Under the pieces are notes generated by a model. That model saw only the letters and a list, made by a program, of their open reading frames with translations, did no database searches and had not been told where the DNA came from. The position numbers and the translations under genes were made by a program. From positions 1,216,001 to 1,280,000 of the forward strand of contig OZ245842.1 in NCBI GenBank assembly GCA_965228895.1: a stretch of 64,000 nt of DNA, in the 5' to 3' direction. Source of the stretch: Alphaproteobacteria bacterium. GTDB taxonomy: Bacteria; Pseudomonadota; Alphaproteobacteria; SP197. Positions 40,446 to 51,384 of the stretch are shown here, piece by piece (positions within the stretch are counted from its first letter, which is position 1; every line of letters begins with the position of its first letter).

Positions 40446-41468
40446 ATGGTTGAGTTTTCCGTTGTCATTCCGGTCTACAACAAAGAGCCCCATGTCGCCC
40501 GGGCGATAAACTCGGTCCTCGCCCAGACGCATCCCGCCAGGGAAATCCTGGTCATCGATGATGCATCAACCGATCGTTCAATCGATATCATCAAAGACAT
40601 CGCCGGCGACAAGGTGAGGATGTTGAGACGCGACACGCCCGGACCCGGCGGCTATGCAGCACGTAATCTGGGCATCAATGAGGCGACGTCAGAGTGGGTG
40701 GCGTTTCTGGACGCCGACGACGCATGGAAGCCCGATCATTTGGCTACGTTCGACACCGAACTGGGTCGCGCCACTGACACGGTTGGCTGCGTCTTTAGCG
40801 GCAACCTGGTGAGCTCGGGCAGTGACGAGGAAGCAACGGAAAGCAGCTACACCCGAATGTCGGTGCGCGAAACCATGCAGCTCGACTTCGATGGTTTTCT
40901 GAGACTGTGGCTCGCCTTTGAGGATAGCCCGATCCATACATCGGGGACCGCAATCAAGCGAAGCGTGTTGCTGGAGGTCGAAGGGTTCCCGGCAGGTCGC
41001 TGCGAACGTGGTGGCGACAAGGATCTGTGGCTTCGGGTTTGTGCGGCGACCGAGGCGGTTGCCGTTGCAAAAGTGACATCGATCTATTATCGCGACGCCA
41101 TCAACATGGTGACGCGGCAGGTCAGCCAGAACCGAGCGCACTGCATGTGCTATTCCCTGGAATTGCTGCAGGCAGCAAGCAGCGCAGACCGGCAAAAACT
41201 GCTGCAGCAGCTGTATAATTTTGAGGTCTTTCGCTACGCCGTTTTGTCATGGCGAAAAGGCAATCTGGATCGTTCGCAGTTTCGGCAGTACTACGTCCGG
41301 CGCGACCCCCTGGGTTTTTTGATGCTCCAGGGCATGAAGGTCATACCGGAACGCCGCTTCAGGATGTTTCGGCCCTTGCTTCGACGAGTAAGGGGTCTGG
41401 GTAGCCGCAACCGAAATCGTTTAGACCCCAATCAGAGGACCCCTGGTCAGGAACGCAAGACGACCTAG
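40446..41468 (+). CDS. Glycosyltransferase family 2
   Basis: SVVIPVYN, IDDASTD, ARNLG, FLDADD. Confidence 0.9.
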   Translation: MVEFSVVIPVYNKEPHVARAINSVLAQTHPAREILVIDDASTDRSIDIIKDIAGDKVRMLRRDTPGPGGYAARNLGINEATSEWVAFLDADDAWKPDHLATFDTELGRATDTVGCVFSGNLVSSGSDEEATESSYTRMSVRETMQLDFDGFLRLWLAFEDSPIHTSGTAIKRSVLLEVEGFPAGRCERGGDKDLWLRVCAATEAVAVAKVTSIYYRDAINMVTRQVSQNRAHCMCYSLELLQAASSADRQKLLQQLYNFEVFRYAVLSWRKGNLDRSQFRQYYVRRDPLGFLMLQGMKVIPERRFRMFRPLLRRVRGLGSRNRNRLDPNQRTPGQERKTT

Positions 41469-41794
41469 TGCACATGCGGCCCTAGAGATCGTGAGCCGAC
41501 ACCGGCATTTGGCGATCGCGGGGCCGCCTCGGTTCAACGTGGCGCGCGCGTGGGCATTGGGGATGGTGCAGCGTAGGGGGAGGCGGTGCGCGGCGACGCA
41601 TGTCAACGCAGAATCGACACGGTATCGGCCCTCGGCTACACATTGCCGTGTTGAAATCTGGACAACGTGTGACGCCGGATCGCGCCACGAAGCGGCGAGC
41701 CGTGCGCGAGCCATGTTGATCGGCGGCGTCACGCGGGGAACGCGCAGGCGGTCGTCCACGGACCGCAGCTTCGGCTGCTTCGGAGACGAAGTGA

Positions 41795-42988
41795 TTGATG
41801 ACTGAGATGATTCCCGCGCGAGCCGGGCCACAACTGAACATGATTGTCATGTTGAGCCTGGGCATGCCTCCTGAAATCTACGGCGGCGCCGAACAGCAGT
41901 GCCTGAGACTGTCGCGTTCGCTAAGAGAGCGTGGATGTGACGTCGCCATACTGGCCGCCAGCAGGTCACGTCAGTTTCCGGAAGAAGAAACGATCGAAGG
42001 CGTTCGCGTCGTCCGTTTTCCGAGCCGCCATTCTCCGGATCACGGCGGTCGCCATGTCCTCAGCACGATCAAATGGACAATCGAGGTCTATTCGTGGCTT
42101 CGCAAGCACCGTCACGAAATCGAGGTCGTACACGTCCATCAAGGCAAACTCCATGTGCTGCCCGCGCTGCTTGCACAGGCATGGCTGGGATTACCGTTCG
42201 TGGTGAAGTGCGGAAGTGCGGAGGAACAGTTCGACTACTTGCGCATGACCAAAAAGTCCGGTGGCTACGGAGGGTCGGTGCTTAGGCAGATAACCAAGCG
42301 GTGCAGCGCCCATATCGCGATAAGCGCGAGGATTGCCGAACAGATGCGGCAGATCGGCATCCCAGGGGGCCGTATTCGCAACATCCCCAATGGGATCGAC
42401 ATCGACAAGTTTCCGTTCGAACCGTCCCGCCGCGCCAACGGCAGCAAGACATTCATCTTCTTGGGCCGTCTGGTCGACGAGAAGCAGCCTTTGCTGATGC
42501 TGCGGTGTTTTGCCGAACTCCTTCGTTCTGATGATCGCCATCAGCTGATTGTCGCAGGCGACGGTCCGCTTCTTGAGGCGATGCGGTCGTTGGTGCGTGA
42601 GAACGATCTTGGCGATGGCATTCAGATGGTCGGGCGCCTGGACGATGTCGGTCCGGCGGTCTCCCAGGCCCACTTTTTTCTGCTGCCATCGAAGAACGAG
42701 GGGATGTCCAACGCGCTGCTGGAAACCATGAGCGTCGGCGTGATCCCCATTGCAAGCGCGGTGAGCGGCAGCACCGATATTGTTCGCCATGGCGAGAACG
42801 GTTTCCTGTTCGAGCGGGACGACGAAGCCGCCTTTATCGATTGTTTGCAGTCCGCCGCCTGCATGTCCGATGCTCGTTGGCAGACCATGCGACAAGCCGC
42901 CCGATCGACGGTGGTTGCCGAACATGTGATGGCCGACATTGCAGGAACTTATGTTGACCTTTACCAATCATTGGGCCACGAACGCTGA
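41795..42988 (+). CDS. Glycosyltransferase family 4
   Basis: GGAEQQ, IPNGID, FLGRL..EK, EGMSNALLE. Confidence 0.88.
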   Translation: MMTEMIPARAGPQLNMIVMLSLGMPPEIYGGAEQQCLRLSRSLRERGCDVAILAASRSRQFPEEETIEGVRVVRFPSRHSPDHGGRHVLSTIKWTIEVYSWLRKHRHEIEVVHVHQGKLHVLPALLAQAWLGLPFVVKCGSAEEQFDYLRMTKKSGGYGGSVLRQITKRCSAHIAISARIAEQMRQIGIPGGRIRNIPNGIDIDKFPFEPSRRANGSKTFIFLGRLVDEKQPLLMLRCFAELLRSDDRHQLIVAGDGPLLEAMRSLVRENDLGDGIQMVGRLDDVGPAVSQAHFFLLPSKNEGMSNALLETMSVGVIPIASAVSGSTDIVRHGENGFLFERDDEAAFIDCLQSAACMSDARWQTMRQAARSTVVAEHVMADIAGTYVDLYQSLGHER

Positions 42989-43099
42989 GGACGCGGCTGC
43001 GGGCCCATGATAAGGCCCATGGCCAAGCAACGGCCCTATCCTAAAGTACAATTGATTTCGTGCGTTTGCGCTTGCACAAAATAAGAAGGCCGTTCCTAC

Positions 43100-44065
43100 A
43101 TGAGCACCTTAAGGTCAAGGGCGATGGTCAACGCTGCTGACAAAGAAGAAATAAAGACTGAAGTGCCACTGGTTAGCGTTGGCTTGCCGGTTTTTAATGG
43201 CGAGAACTATCTGCGCCAGTCTATTCAGTCTATCCTTGACCAAACATTTCAAGATTTTGAGCTGATTATCTCGGACAACTGCTCGACCGACGGGACCGAG
43301 GCCATCTGTCGCGAATTTGCTGCCAAGTCCGACAAAATTCGCTACTACCGGCAGGCGGAGAATGTTGGCGCTTCCGCCAATTTCGATTTCACATACCTTC
43401 AGGCACGAGGGAAGTACTTTAAGTGGCAAGGTCACGATGACTATGCCTATCCAGAATTTTTGGAGAAGTGTCTGAAACGACTTCTGGATGAGCCGGACGC
43501 TATTTTGTGTCAATCCAACGTTGCGATTGTCGATTCTCATGACGAATTGATCACCGTCGAGGCGCATGAGGCCCGCGGAACCACAAGCGATGATCCCATC
43601 AAACGATTCGCCGGCCGGCTGAGCAACCCACGATGCACCGAGATCTTTGCGGTGTTCCCGACCGCCGTACTCAAGGATACCGAGCGATTGGGAGCGTTCG
43701 CGAGCAGCGATCGCTGCCTTTTGTCTCAGCTTGCCCTGAAAGGGCGTTTTCTTGATGTGCCCGAGGTGCTCTTTGCGTTTCGCATTCATCCCGAGCAGTT
43801 TTCGACGAATGTCATGCGTCGCGGCAACTTCATGTATTGGTTCGACCCGAACCGCGCGGATTGGCCAACCATGCGTCACTGGACGCATTTCCTGCGCTGT
43901 ATCCGCTATCTCAACACCGAAGACTTGAGCGCTTGGAACCGTGTTCGCGGATTTGCCGCACTGTTTCGCGCGCAGATTAAGTTCAAGAGCTTGCGTGCCT
44001 ATTTTCGCGAGAGCGGCCGTATGGCGAAGTATGGTGCGCGCAGACTGCTGGCCAAGTTGACGTAG
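43100..44065 (+). CDS. Glycosyltransferase family 2
   Basis: VSVGLPVFNGE, ISDNCSTDGT, YFKWQGHDD. Confidence 0.9.
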   Translation: MSTLRSRAMVNAADKEEIKTEVPLVSVGLPVFNGENYLRQSIQSILDQTFQDFELIISDNCSTDGTEAICREFAAKSDKIRYYRQAENVGASANFDFTYLQARGKYFKWQGHDDYAYPEFLEKCLKRLLDEPDAILCQSNVAIVDSHDELITVEAHEARGTTSDDPIKRFAGRLSNPRCTEIFAVFPTAVLKDTERLGAFASSDRCLLSQLALKGRFLDVPEVLFAFRIHPEQFSTNVMRRGNFMYWFDPNRADWPTMRHWTHFLRCIRYLNTEDLSAWNRVRGFAALFRAQIKFKSLRAYFRESGRMAKYGARRLLAKLT

Positions 44066-44077
44066 TTCTTTCGGCCG

Positions 44078-45004
44078 CTAGACGAACCACTTCTTCCAGT
44101 TAAGCGGCGAACGCGCTGGGTTCTGCGGTTGATAGCCTTCATGAACCAGGCAGTCGCGGGCAACCGATTCAAACTCGCCGATTTCGTTGGGTGTTAGGCT
44201 GGTTTGCCACGCCGTGATGCGGTCAGCCAGCGGCGCTTTGTTGACGTTTCTGTGCAACTCAGGCTGATACCTCTCGGCGATCTCGTACGTGCGCGGCTGA
44301 TCGGATTTTTCCGTCGGTTTGACATCGAGGAACTCGGCGATCTCAGACATCGTGCGTTCCGTCTCGCGAATGAGCGTCTCGTAATTGACGATCAGAACGC
44401 CGCGATGGTCGAGCTCCAATTCGCGAAGCAGCATCGTGGTCTTGACCCACCGCTTGGCCGCGATCTTAGGATCCTTGGCCATTGTTTGGCCGTTGCGTGA
44501 GGTAATCGCGCGCTTCTTCGAGTGAAACACAGCGCGTCCGTCTCTGATCAGGCCAATGAACTTGGCCGACGGAAACATCCTTAGGATCTCACGGTAATCG
44601 TGAACATACTTGCCGTTCTTGATGCCGTAACGAAAGTGATTTGGGACAAGCTGCTCACGATAGTGATTCAGAATCAGGCGGACTGCATCGGCCAGCGTCA
44701 ACGGTGCGTGTTCGCCCAGCAGTGCGCGCAACACCGGATAGCTTATCTTGAGATCGGCAAACTTTCGATCGGACGTAATCGTCACAGCAAGAGAGTCCAA
44801 CTGCGCCTCGGTCTCAAACGTGATGAAGCCGAAGTTCTCGAGCGTGTCTGTGATGAAGTTCGTCTCGGGCGTGATAACGACCTGAAACCTCTTAGACAGC
44901 TCGTTGGCGAGGAATGTCGATCCCGAACGAGAATCATAGAGTATAAAGAACGGATCTTCTTCGATCATGCGCTCGGTGCTCATAACAACCCGACTAACCA
45001 TCAA
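44078..45004 (-). CDS. PAPS-dependent sulfotransferase
   Basis: 5'-PSB loop RSGSTFL, 3'-PB motif IRDGRAVFHS, YETLI..IAEFL. Confidence 0.85.
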   Translation of the reverse strand: MMVSRVVMSTERMIEEDPFFILYDSRSGSTFLANELSKRFQVVITPETNFITDTLENFGFITFETEAQLDSLAVTITSDRKFADLKISYPVLRALLGEHAPLTLADAVRLILNHYREQLVPNHFRYGIKNGKYVHDYREILRMFPSAKFIGLIRDGRAVFHSKKRAITSRNGQTMAKDPKIAAKRWVKTTMLLRELELDHRGVLIVNYETLIRETERTMSEIAEFLDVKPTEKSDQPRTYEIAERYQPELHRNVNKAPLADRITAWQTSLTPNEIGEFESVARDCLVHEGYQPQNPARSPLNWKKWFV

Positions 45005-46010
45005 CTCATTCCATTCCTTGGCCGCTCGACCATCCCAGCCAACAGCGTCAACTAAGTCGGCGCCGCATCGCGTTGGGCCGGGGCATGTATGACCCGTCCA
45101 GCCGGGTCCTGGCCATGTCGACAGACGGCCAAAGGCGACTTGATGCCGGTTCGCTCGGTGCTGGTATGGTGGTCAAATCATCTTCCCCCATTGGTCTGTT
45201 GAGACAGTGACTTCGTTGATCCCTCTGGTGGATCAACAATTACTGCGAGCAGACCCGATAAGCAGGATGTCGGTAACGCGAACTTCGGCTATCCGCACAA
45301 ACGCTCTGTCCTGTCGACCTTTGCGAGCCGCCCACGACTATCCGATTGTCTCAGGCACTCTAGCACCACATACCTCACTGTCTGAAAACCACGTCTCAGC
45401 GAGGTCTTTCTTTTACCTCTTATGGATATAATACCAATTTAGAGGTATAGATCGCCACCCCGAAATGGAAATTTTTTGCTGGTTATCGCTACCTGGCGTT
45501 CCACAAGCGTCGGAAACATATGAATTTTTCATGCCTGTATCGTTTTGGCCCGGTTGAACTCGGCTTCCGATGATCGCTTTTCGCCTACAAATTCGGCCAT
45601 ACGGTGTTCTAGACGCTGGGTTTCGGGACCGAGTTTCTTGTCATCGGCCGAACAGGCGGCTTAGCCGGACGGCCGAACCCCTAAGTGACGCGGTTCAGGA
45701 GAGTTGTGACCAATCTGATTCTCTATGGAAATGCACTATTCTTGGTGCGAACTGGCGTATGCCCGTCAGCCGGACCGCACATGTGAACAATCTGACGCCA
45801 CAGCGATCGCACGCACATCCAGCCTATGGCCCGTGCAGATCTGGCAGCTCTGAATCAGGCTCGCGAGCGATAGGATCACACGGCGACGTGGGCCGCCTAA
45901 GCCTCCCGCCGACGTACTCTCGTCATCATGGCGGGATATCGACGGCCGGTCGATCGACGGGCTGTCGCGTGTTTCATAAGGTCGCGTCGCGTGAATTGTC
46001 GGAGTAACCC

Positions 46011-46877
46011 GTGACGGACGATATGATCGTTGGTGCTCGCTCTCGTGCAACGGATGATGCGACCAGCACTGCGCCAAACAAGGCGATCAGCCGCGCCATT
46101 CTGCTCAACTGTTTCGGTCGCGGCGGTTCAAGCATCGTTTGGAACATGGTTGGGAGTTCGCCGGACGTCCTGATGCCGTCCAGCGAATGGCACGAGGGGT
46201 TTTACGGCCGGTGGCACATCCTCAGTAGATTGCTGCGACGCGTCGATCGATCGTTGCGCATCGATGTGCCGACGCTAAGACCGCTTTCAGGCTTGGCATA
46301 CCGACGCGCGTGGGCGTCGGTGTCGTCGGATGAGCGAAATGCCAAACCATGTGCTTCGTCGATTGTTTTGAAGGTCATGGACTATCACATCGCGATGAAC
46401 CCGACGGTTGCGGCAGGCTTCGCGGAAGTGAACCAGATTGTTCTTGTCCGTCATCCGCTGGCGCAGTGTGAGAGTCTGTTACGCACCGGCTTGCATCTTC
46501 ACCAGGCGACAACATGGTATGTCGACGTGATGACGCGGATGACGAAGCTGGCGCGGTCGCCAGGTGCGATTGTCTGCCGATTTGACGACGTCGTCCGCGA
46601 CCCGTTCGCTGAGCGCGATGCGATCTATCGGCAGCTCGCAGTGTCGTATCCGAATCCCGATGGCTTCAGACTTAAGCGTAAGAAGTTCGGGAACGAGCGA
46701 ACGCCGGACGTCAAACATGCCTTGGGTGACTATGTCGACGTGACCTCCGACAACGTGGCCGACCTTATTGCCAAGGACGTCAACGAACGGTCCATAGCGA
46801 GGCTGTCCGACGGTGATCGCGCAAGGATCTGGCAAGCAACGGGTGAGGTCGCGTCAGAGTTCGGATACCGGCCCTGA
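46011..46877 (+). CDS. Sulfotransferase-like protein
   Basis: Variant PSB loop FGRGGSSIVW, LVRHPLAQCES, RFDDVVRDP. Confidence 0.65.
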   Translation: MTDDMIVGARSRATDDATSTAPNKAISRAILLNCFGRGGSSIVWNMVGSSPDVLMPSSEWHEGFYGRWHILSRLLRRVDRSLRIDVPTLRPLSGLAYRRAWASVSSDERNAKPCASSIVLKVMDYHIAMNPTVAAGFAEVNQIVLVRHPLAQCESLLRTGLHLHQATTWYVDVMTRMTKLARSPGAIVCRFDDVVRDPFAERDAIYRQLAVSYPNPDGFRLKRKKFGNERTPDVKHALGDYVDVTSDNVADLIAKDVNERSIARLSDGDRARIWQATGEVASEFGYRP

Positions 46878-47029
46878 CGGGGTTTCTCTGCAGGGTTAAG
46901 GCATCACGTCGGTTTTCTTGACGGGCCAAACAATCACGTGGAGCCGGGCGGTGTATATCGGTGCCACATGAAGCGCACCGGAACGCCGCTGGTCAGCTTC
47001 GACTGATCGGTGTCGACGTCCCCGGCTTG

Positions 47030-48325
47030 TCAGATGGGAAACAGGGCGTCTTGCTCGGCGCGTAACCTGACCATCAGACTATCGGCCCGCAGCGTAACGT
47101 CATCGTAGGTGAGGGCGCGATCCTTCAAGACGTCCTGCTTCAGCACGGCGCCCTCGACCAAGCCGAAAGGCAGCAGCCGATCGCGCCGAACGATGTCGTA
47201 GTTCTCGCACAGGCCGTACGACAGGTAACCGCCAAGACCATCCAGCGTCTCGCCGCTCTTCAGGTCGCGCTTTGCTGTGGCGACGACGTCCACCACCGGC
47301 GCACCGCGCGCGGCGATAATGACATCGTTTGCCAAAGCGACACGAGCGGCGGAAAGGGGCACTTCGAAGATCATGAGATGGTAAGGCACGTAGAAACTGT
47401 ACAACGGTCCTTCACCAAGTTTGGCGTAGTTCAGGTAGTGCCGTTGCATGTCGTCCTGGGCCTCGGCAAAAATGAAAACGCCGGGGCTAGGTTCGGCACC
47501 CAGGACATAGTCGACAATGCCACCCAGCTCTTTGATGCGGTCGATGTCGTAGCTGTCGACCAGCTCATTGACGTGGCCGTCTAACTCAAGGCCGATCATG
47601 CCCCGCTGCGCGACCTGCATGCCTGTCGCGTTGCCCACGATGGCTTGCTCGAACGCGATTTTTGTCCCGTCGGCGAAACTTGTGACCATGTGCGGCGTCT
47701 GGTCCCATTGCTTGGCAAACTTGGCTTGTGTGGTCGGGTTGCGGTAATGGTCGAGCAGGCCCTTGATGTTGCCGCATACCAGAGGGCGCAGGCCGATGCT
47801 TTGAATGAACCTGTAGAGGTTTAACTGAACGCCCGGCTGATCGCCATCGCAGCCGGTCAGAATGACGCCCGCCTGATCGGCACGGTGTTTGAGCAACGGC
47901 CCGATGGAGCCATCGAGCTCGGCGTTCATCAGCACCATGGACTTACCGTTCTCGATCGCTGTCATGACCACCTGGGCGCCATAGGCAATGTGGCCCGTGG
48001 CTTCGATCAGCACTTCTACCTGACCGGCGGCGCAGATCGCAGCGAGGTCGTCGGTGAGCGCCGTTTTGCCTGTCTCAATGGCCCGATCGATGGATTCCGC
48101 ACTGTTTGCTTCCATGATGTCGCCGGCGTCCACACCAGCGTTCTGCAGCGCCTTTCGTGCCGTCGCCAACGTTCGATTACAGAGTGCCGCGACACGCATG
48201 CCCGGCATGTAACGGACGATCTGATTGATGAAACCACGGCTCATCGAGCCAGCGCCAATGACACCAACCCTTAGTGGGTTGTGCGCGCGCGCTCTTTCGG
48301 CAAGAAGCGTATCGACAATAACCAT
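47030..48325 (-). CDS. NAD(P)H-dependent oxidoreductase with C-terminal SAF domain (homoserine-dehydrogenase-like)
   Basis: VIGAGSM, NAELDG..GP, DGDQPG, SFADGTK, AKRDLKSGETLDGLGG. Confidence 0.85.
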   Translation of the reverse strand: MVIVDTLLAERARAHNPLRVGVIGAGSMSRGFINQIVRYMPGMRVAALCNRTLATARKALQNAGVDAGDIMEANSAESIDRAIETGKTALTDDLAAICAAGQVEVLIEATGHIAYGAQVVMTAIENGKSMVLMNAELDGSIGPLLKHRADQAGVILTGCDGDQPGVQLNLYRFIQSIGLRPLVCGNIKGLLDHYRNPTTQAKFAKQWDQTPHMVTSFADGTKIAFEQAIVGNATGMQVAQRGMIGLELDGHVNELVDSYDIDRIKELGGIVDYVLGAEPSPGVFIFAEAQDDMQRHYLNYAKLGEGPLYSFYVPYHLMIFEVPLSAARVALANDVIIAARGAPVVDVVATAKRDLKSGETLDGLGGYLSYGLCENYDIVRRDRLLPFGLVEGAVLKQDVLKDRALTYDDVTLRADSLMVRLRAEQDALFPI

Positions 48326-48411
48326 TTCAGGCTCCGGTCATCAAAAATGGATCATCAACGCCGCCTTCATGTCGACGAGACGGAGCGGCCGATGTTCAGC
48401 CGAGTGTTGGC

Positions 48412-49203
48412 CTACGTGTGATGCGACGTCGTTTCGTCCCAAACCTGCCATGGCGGGTGTTCGGAGGCCCACTGTTCCTCAAGAACTTTTCTGTCCCTTA
48501 GCGTGTCCATGTTCTGCCAGTAGCCATCATGGACGTAGGCAGCCAGTTTTCCGCGCTGGACTAACTGCTCCATCGGTTCGCGCTCCCACACGGTGTCGTC
48601 ACCGTCGATCAGATCGAAAACCTCGGGTTCGAGAACAAAGAAACCGCCGTTGATGTAGGCGCCGTCGCCGGTCGGCTTTTCGCGAAAGTTGACGATCTTT
48701 TCGTCCTTGATCTGCAGGGCGCCGAAACGGCCGGGCTGTTGCACGGCCGTCAGCGTCGCCCAAGCGGCGGACTTCTTGTGAAAATCGATGAGTTTGTTGA
48801 TGTCGAGGTCGCTCACGCCATCGCCATAGGTCAGGCAGAAGGTTTCGTCACCAACGAAGTCGCGTACGCGTTTCAGTCGGCCGCCGGTCATGGTGTTCAG
48901 GCCGGTGTGGATGCAGGTGACGGTCCAGTCCTCACCCGGTTCTGAATGAGCCTCTAGCGTGTTGTTCTTCAAATCAAACGTCATGTCCGCGTTACGAACA
49001 AAGTATTCCGCGAAATACTGTTTGATCAGATGGCCTTTGTAGCCGCAACAAACGACAAATTCGTTGAGCCCGTATGCCGCATAGATCTTCATGATGTGCC
49101 ACAAGATCGGCTGTTCACCAATGTTGATCAGCGGCTTCGGCATTGTACCGCTGGCTTCCGAGATGCGGGTGCCGAAACCACCTGCTAAGACGACGACTTT
49201 CAA
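48412..49203 (-). CDS. rfbF: Glucose-1-phosphate cytidylyltransferase
   Basis: LAGGFGTRISE..PKP, TMTGGRLKR, LTYGDG, INGGFF, WQNMDTLRD. Confidence 0.93.
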   Translation of the reverse strand: MKVVVLAGGFGTRISEASGTMPKPLINIGEQPILWHIMKIYAAYGLNEFVVCCGYKGHLIKQYFAEYFVRNADMTFDLKNNTLEAHSEPGEDWTVTCIHTGLNTMTGGRLKRVRDFVGDETFCLTYGDGVSDLDINKLIDFHKKSAAWATLTAVQQPGRFGALQIKDEKIVNFREKPTGDGAYINGGFFVLEPEVFDLIDGDDTVWEREPMEQLVQRGKLAAYVHDGYWQNMDTLRDRKVLEEQWASEHPPWQVWDETTSHHT

Positions 49204-49389
49204 CGTGTGGCCCCTTTGCCCAAGTTTTGAATAAGCATAAGTCTAGTTCTCACTGTTCGATCGACATGATTGTAGCGGGAAAAGATTGCCGCACCATTTC
49301 ATTTCTAAGTGCCGTACTGGGTGCGCTCTGACTTGGCTGATTACCCAACAGGATACATCGAACGACCGATAACTTCTGTTATCCGGGCG

Positions 49390-50502
49390 CTAGGATGCAG
49401 CAGCTTGGTATTGGTTGATCTCTGCCAGGGTGACAGAGCCCATGTCGGCGCCGTCGAGCCACTGGCGGAACCACGAGGCGACCGACGCGATGGCAACGCG
49501 ACCGACCAACGCGTCATCCCAACCTAAGGTGCACCGTGCCAAAGACGCATCGATCTGAAGATAGGGCGCCTCGATTGACCCCGGAACCGGCTTGACCTCA
49601 ACCTGCGGGCAGCCATTGGCGGTGACATGGCCTAGTGCGGTGAGCAGCGTTTCGGCAAAGACGCGAACCGGCAAATCTTCAGACGACCGCGGCCCGATGT
49701 TCAGCGTCCTCGGGCAAGTGGGATCTTCGGACAGTGTCTCGGCGAACAGAAGATAACCGCACAGGCAGTCAAGCGCATGCTGCCATGGGCGGGTGGCCTC
49801 GGGATGCCGAAGTGTTAGCGGTTCTCCGTCGAGTGCCGCGCGAACACAGTCCGGGGCAATGCGATCGGTGGCGAAGTCGCCACCGCCAATCACATTGCCG
49901 CCACGCGACGTGGCGACGCGAATGCCTTCTCGTTCGAAGAAGCTTTGAGCGTATGTATGGGCGACGTGTTCCGCTGCCGCCTTGGATGCCGAGTATGGAT
50001 CTTTGCCGCCCAAGGGAGCTGACTCCTTAAACGCGTGTCCACAGCCATTGTTCCAGTAGACCTTGTCCGATGTGACAACCAGGACTGTCTGAAGGTCGGG
50101 TTGTCCACGCAGAGCATCCAGAAGATTGACCAGTCCGATCACGTTGGTGTCGAACGTTTCCGTCGGGTCTTCAAGCGAGCGGCGCACGAGAGCCTGCGCA
50201 GCAAGATGGAGCACAATTTCCGGACGAGCATCGTTCACGGCGTTGGCGACGGCACACGCGTTGCGCAGATCAACGAAGTGACTTTCGCAACTGCCGGCCA
50301 CATTGGCCAAGTCAAACAGATTGGGACCGTCCAGTGGCGGCAACGACAGGGCATAGACATCGGCGCCCAAACGTTTGAGCCAAAGAGCCAACCACGAGCC
50401 CTTGAAGCCGGTGTGCCCGGTCAGCAGCACACGTCGGCCATTCCAAAATTCCTGACTGGGCCGCCGAACGCTCATGCGGACCTCCGTCGTCTGACGCGAC
50501 AT
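49390..50502 (-). CDS. rfbG: CDP-glucose 4,6-dehydratase
   Basis: TGHTGFKGSWL, HLAAQALVR, TSDKVY, DPYSASK, GNVIGGGD, RPWQH. Confidence 0.93.
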   Translation of the reverse strand: MSRQTTEVRMSVRRPSQEFWNGRRVLLTGHTGFKGSWLALWLKRLGADVYALSLPPLDGPNLFDLANVAGSCESHFVDLRNACAVANAVNDARPEIVLHLAAQALVRRSLEDPTETFDTNVIGLVNLLDALRGQPDLQTVLVVTSDKVYWNNGCGHAFKESAPLGGKDPYSASKAAAEHVAHTYAQSFFEREGIRVATSRGGNVIGGGDFATDRIAPDCVRAALDGEPLTLRHPEATRPWQHALDCLCGYLLFAETLSEDPTCPRTLNIGPRSSEDLPVRVFAETLLTALGHVTANGCPQVEVKPVPGSIEAPYLQIDASLARCTLGWDDALVGRVAIASVASWFRQWLDGADMGSVTLAEINQYQAAAS

Positions 50503-50769
50503 ACATCAAGCTGCCGCGCGATGAGGCAAACATACTGTTTGCCTCATTTTGGACCGGAATACTGTGGTCCCAACACAATACTGTACGCAATTTCCGCAGA
50601 TTACTGCTTTTTCGCCCGCAATGGCCCAACGAACCATCGTGGTGCTCGCGATTTGGCGAACCGCGCCACACTGGGACCGTCTGCGACTCCGTGTGATCAT
50701 GCGGAGTCGAACACGGGGCGTGTGGATCAAAGGCCGAGCACGACACGCGTAAAATGAATCACGAGAGCG

Positions 50770-51384
50770 TTACTCAACCGCGTAGTCGTCGATGGCGGTC
50801 ACATCACACATGACAAGCGCTGCCGCATCGTCGTTGGCTTCGAACCAGCTCTTTGCCCAACGCCTGCCAAGCGCCTTGTCGGCGGCGGACGTCGAATGTT
50901 CGATTAAGGCAATGTTGGTCAGGAACAACAGGTAATTGATCTGGGCATCGCTAGCGGCCTGGCGATCGATACCGCGGGCGCAGGCAAGCGCGACCAACAA
51001 CCATTGATAGACGCGTGCGCGTTTGTCGGTCGCTCCCGACAAGGCCCAATAGGTTGCAAGGTGCCTCTGCGCTGTCGGTCGCGCGGCAAGCGCGGCATCT
51101 TCCAACATGCCGCGGCCCTGCTCGATCTTGTCGGGGTCGCCCGTGAGGATCAATTGAAGCGCAGCGCGCTCGTCCTCGCTTTCGACGATCATCGATTCGA
51201 GAAGCTGATCGAGAGAGACACTGGCGTTTTCCCGCGGTTGCAGTGTCGCGTAAGCGACGACAACCAGCACAGCTGTCGTCGCGGCAACGATGACATAACC
51301 AGCGACCTTCCGGAGCATCGGCAACGTCGCCACGATCGTCGTCAGAGCACGATGCTGCGGCCGGAGCGAAACGTCGCCATACAA
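50770..51384 (-). CDS. Hypothetical membrane-anchored helical (Sel1-like) protein
   Basis: N-terminal TM; helical segments LEDAALA..AQRHLA..YQWLLVA. Confidence 0.55.
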   Translation of the reverse strand: MYGDVSLRPQHRALTTIVATLPMLRKVAGYVIVAATTAVLVVVAYATLQPRENASVSLDQLLESMIVESEDERAALQLILTGDPDKIEQGRGMLEDAALAARPTAQRHLATYWALSGATDKRARVYQWLLVALACARGIDRQAASDAQINYLLFLTNIALIEHSTSAADKALGRRWAKSWFEANDDAAALVMCDVTAIDDYAVE

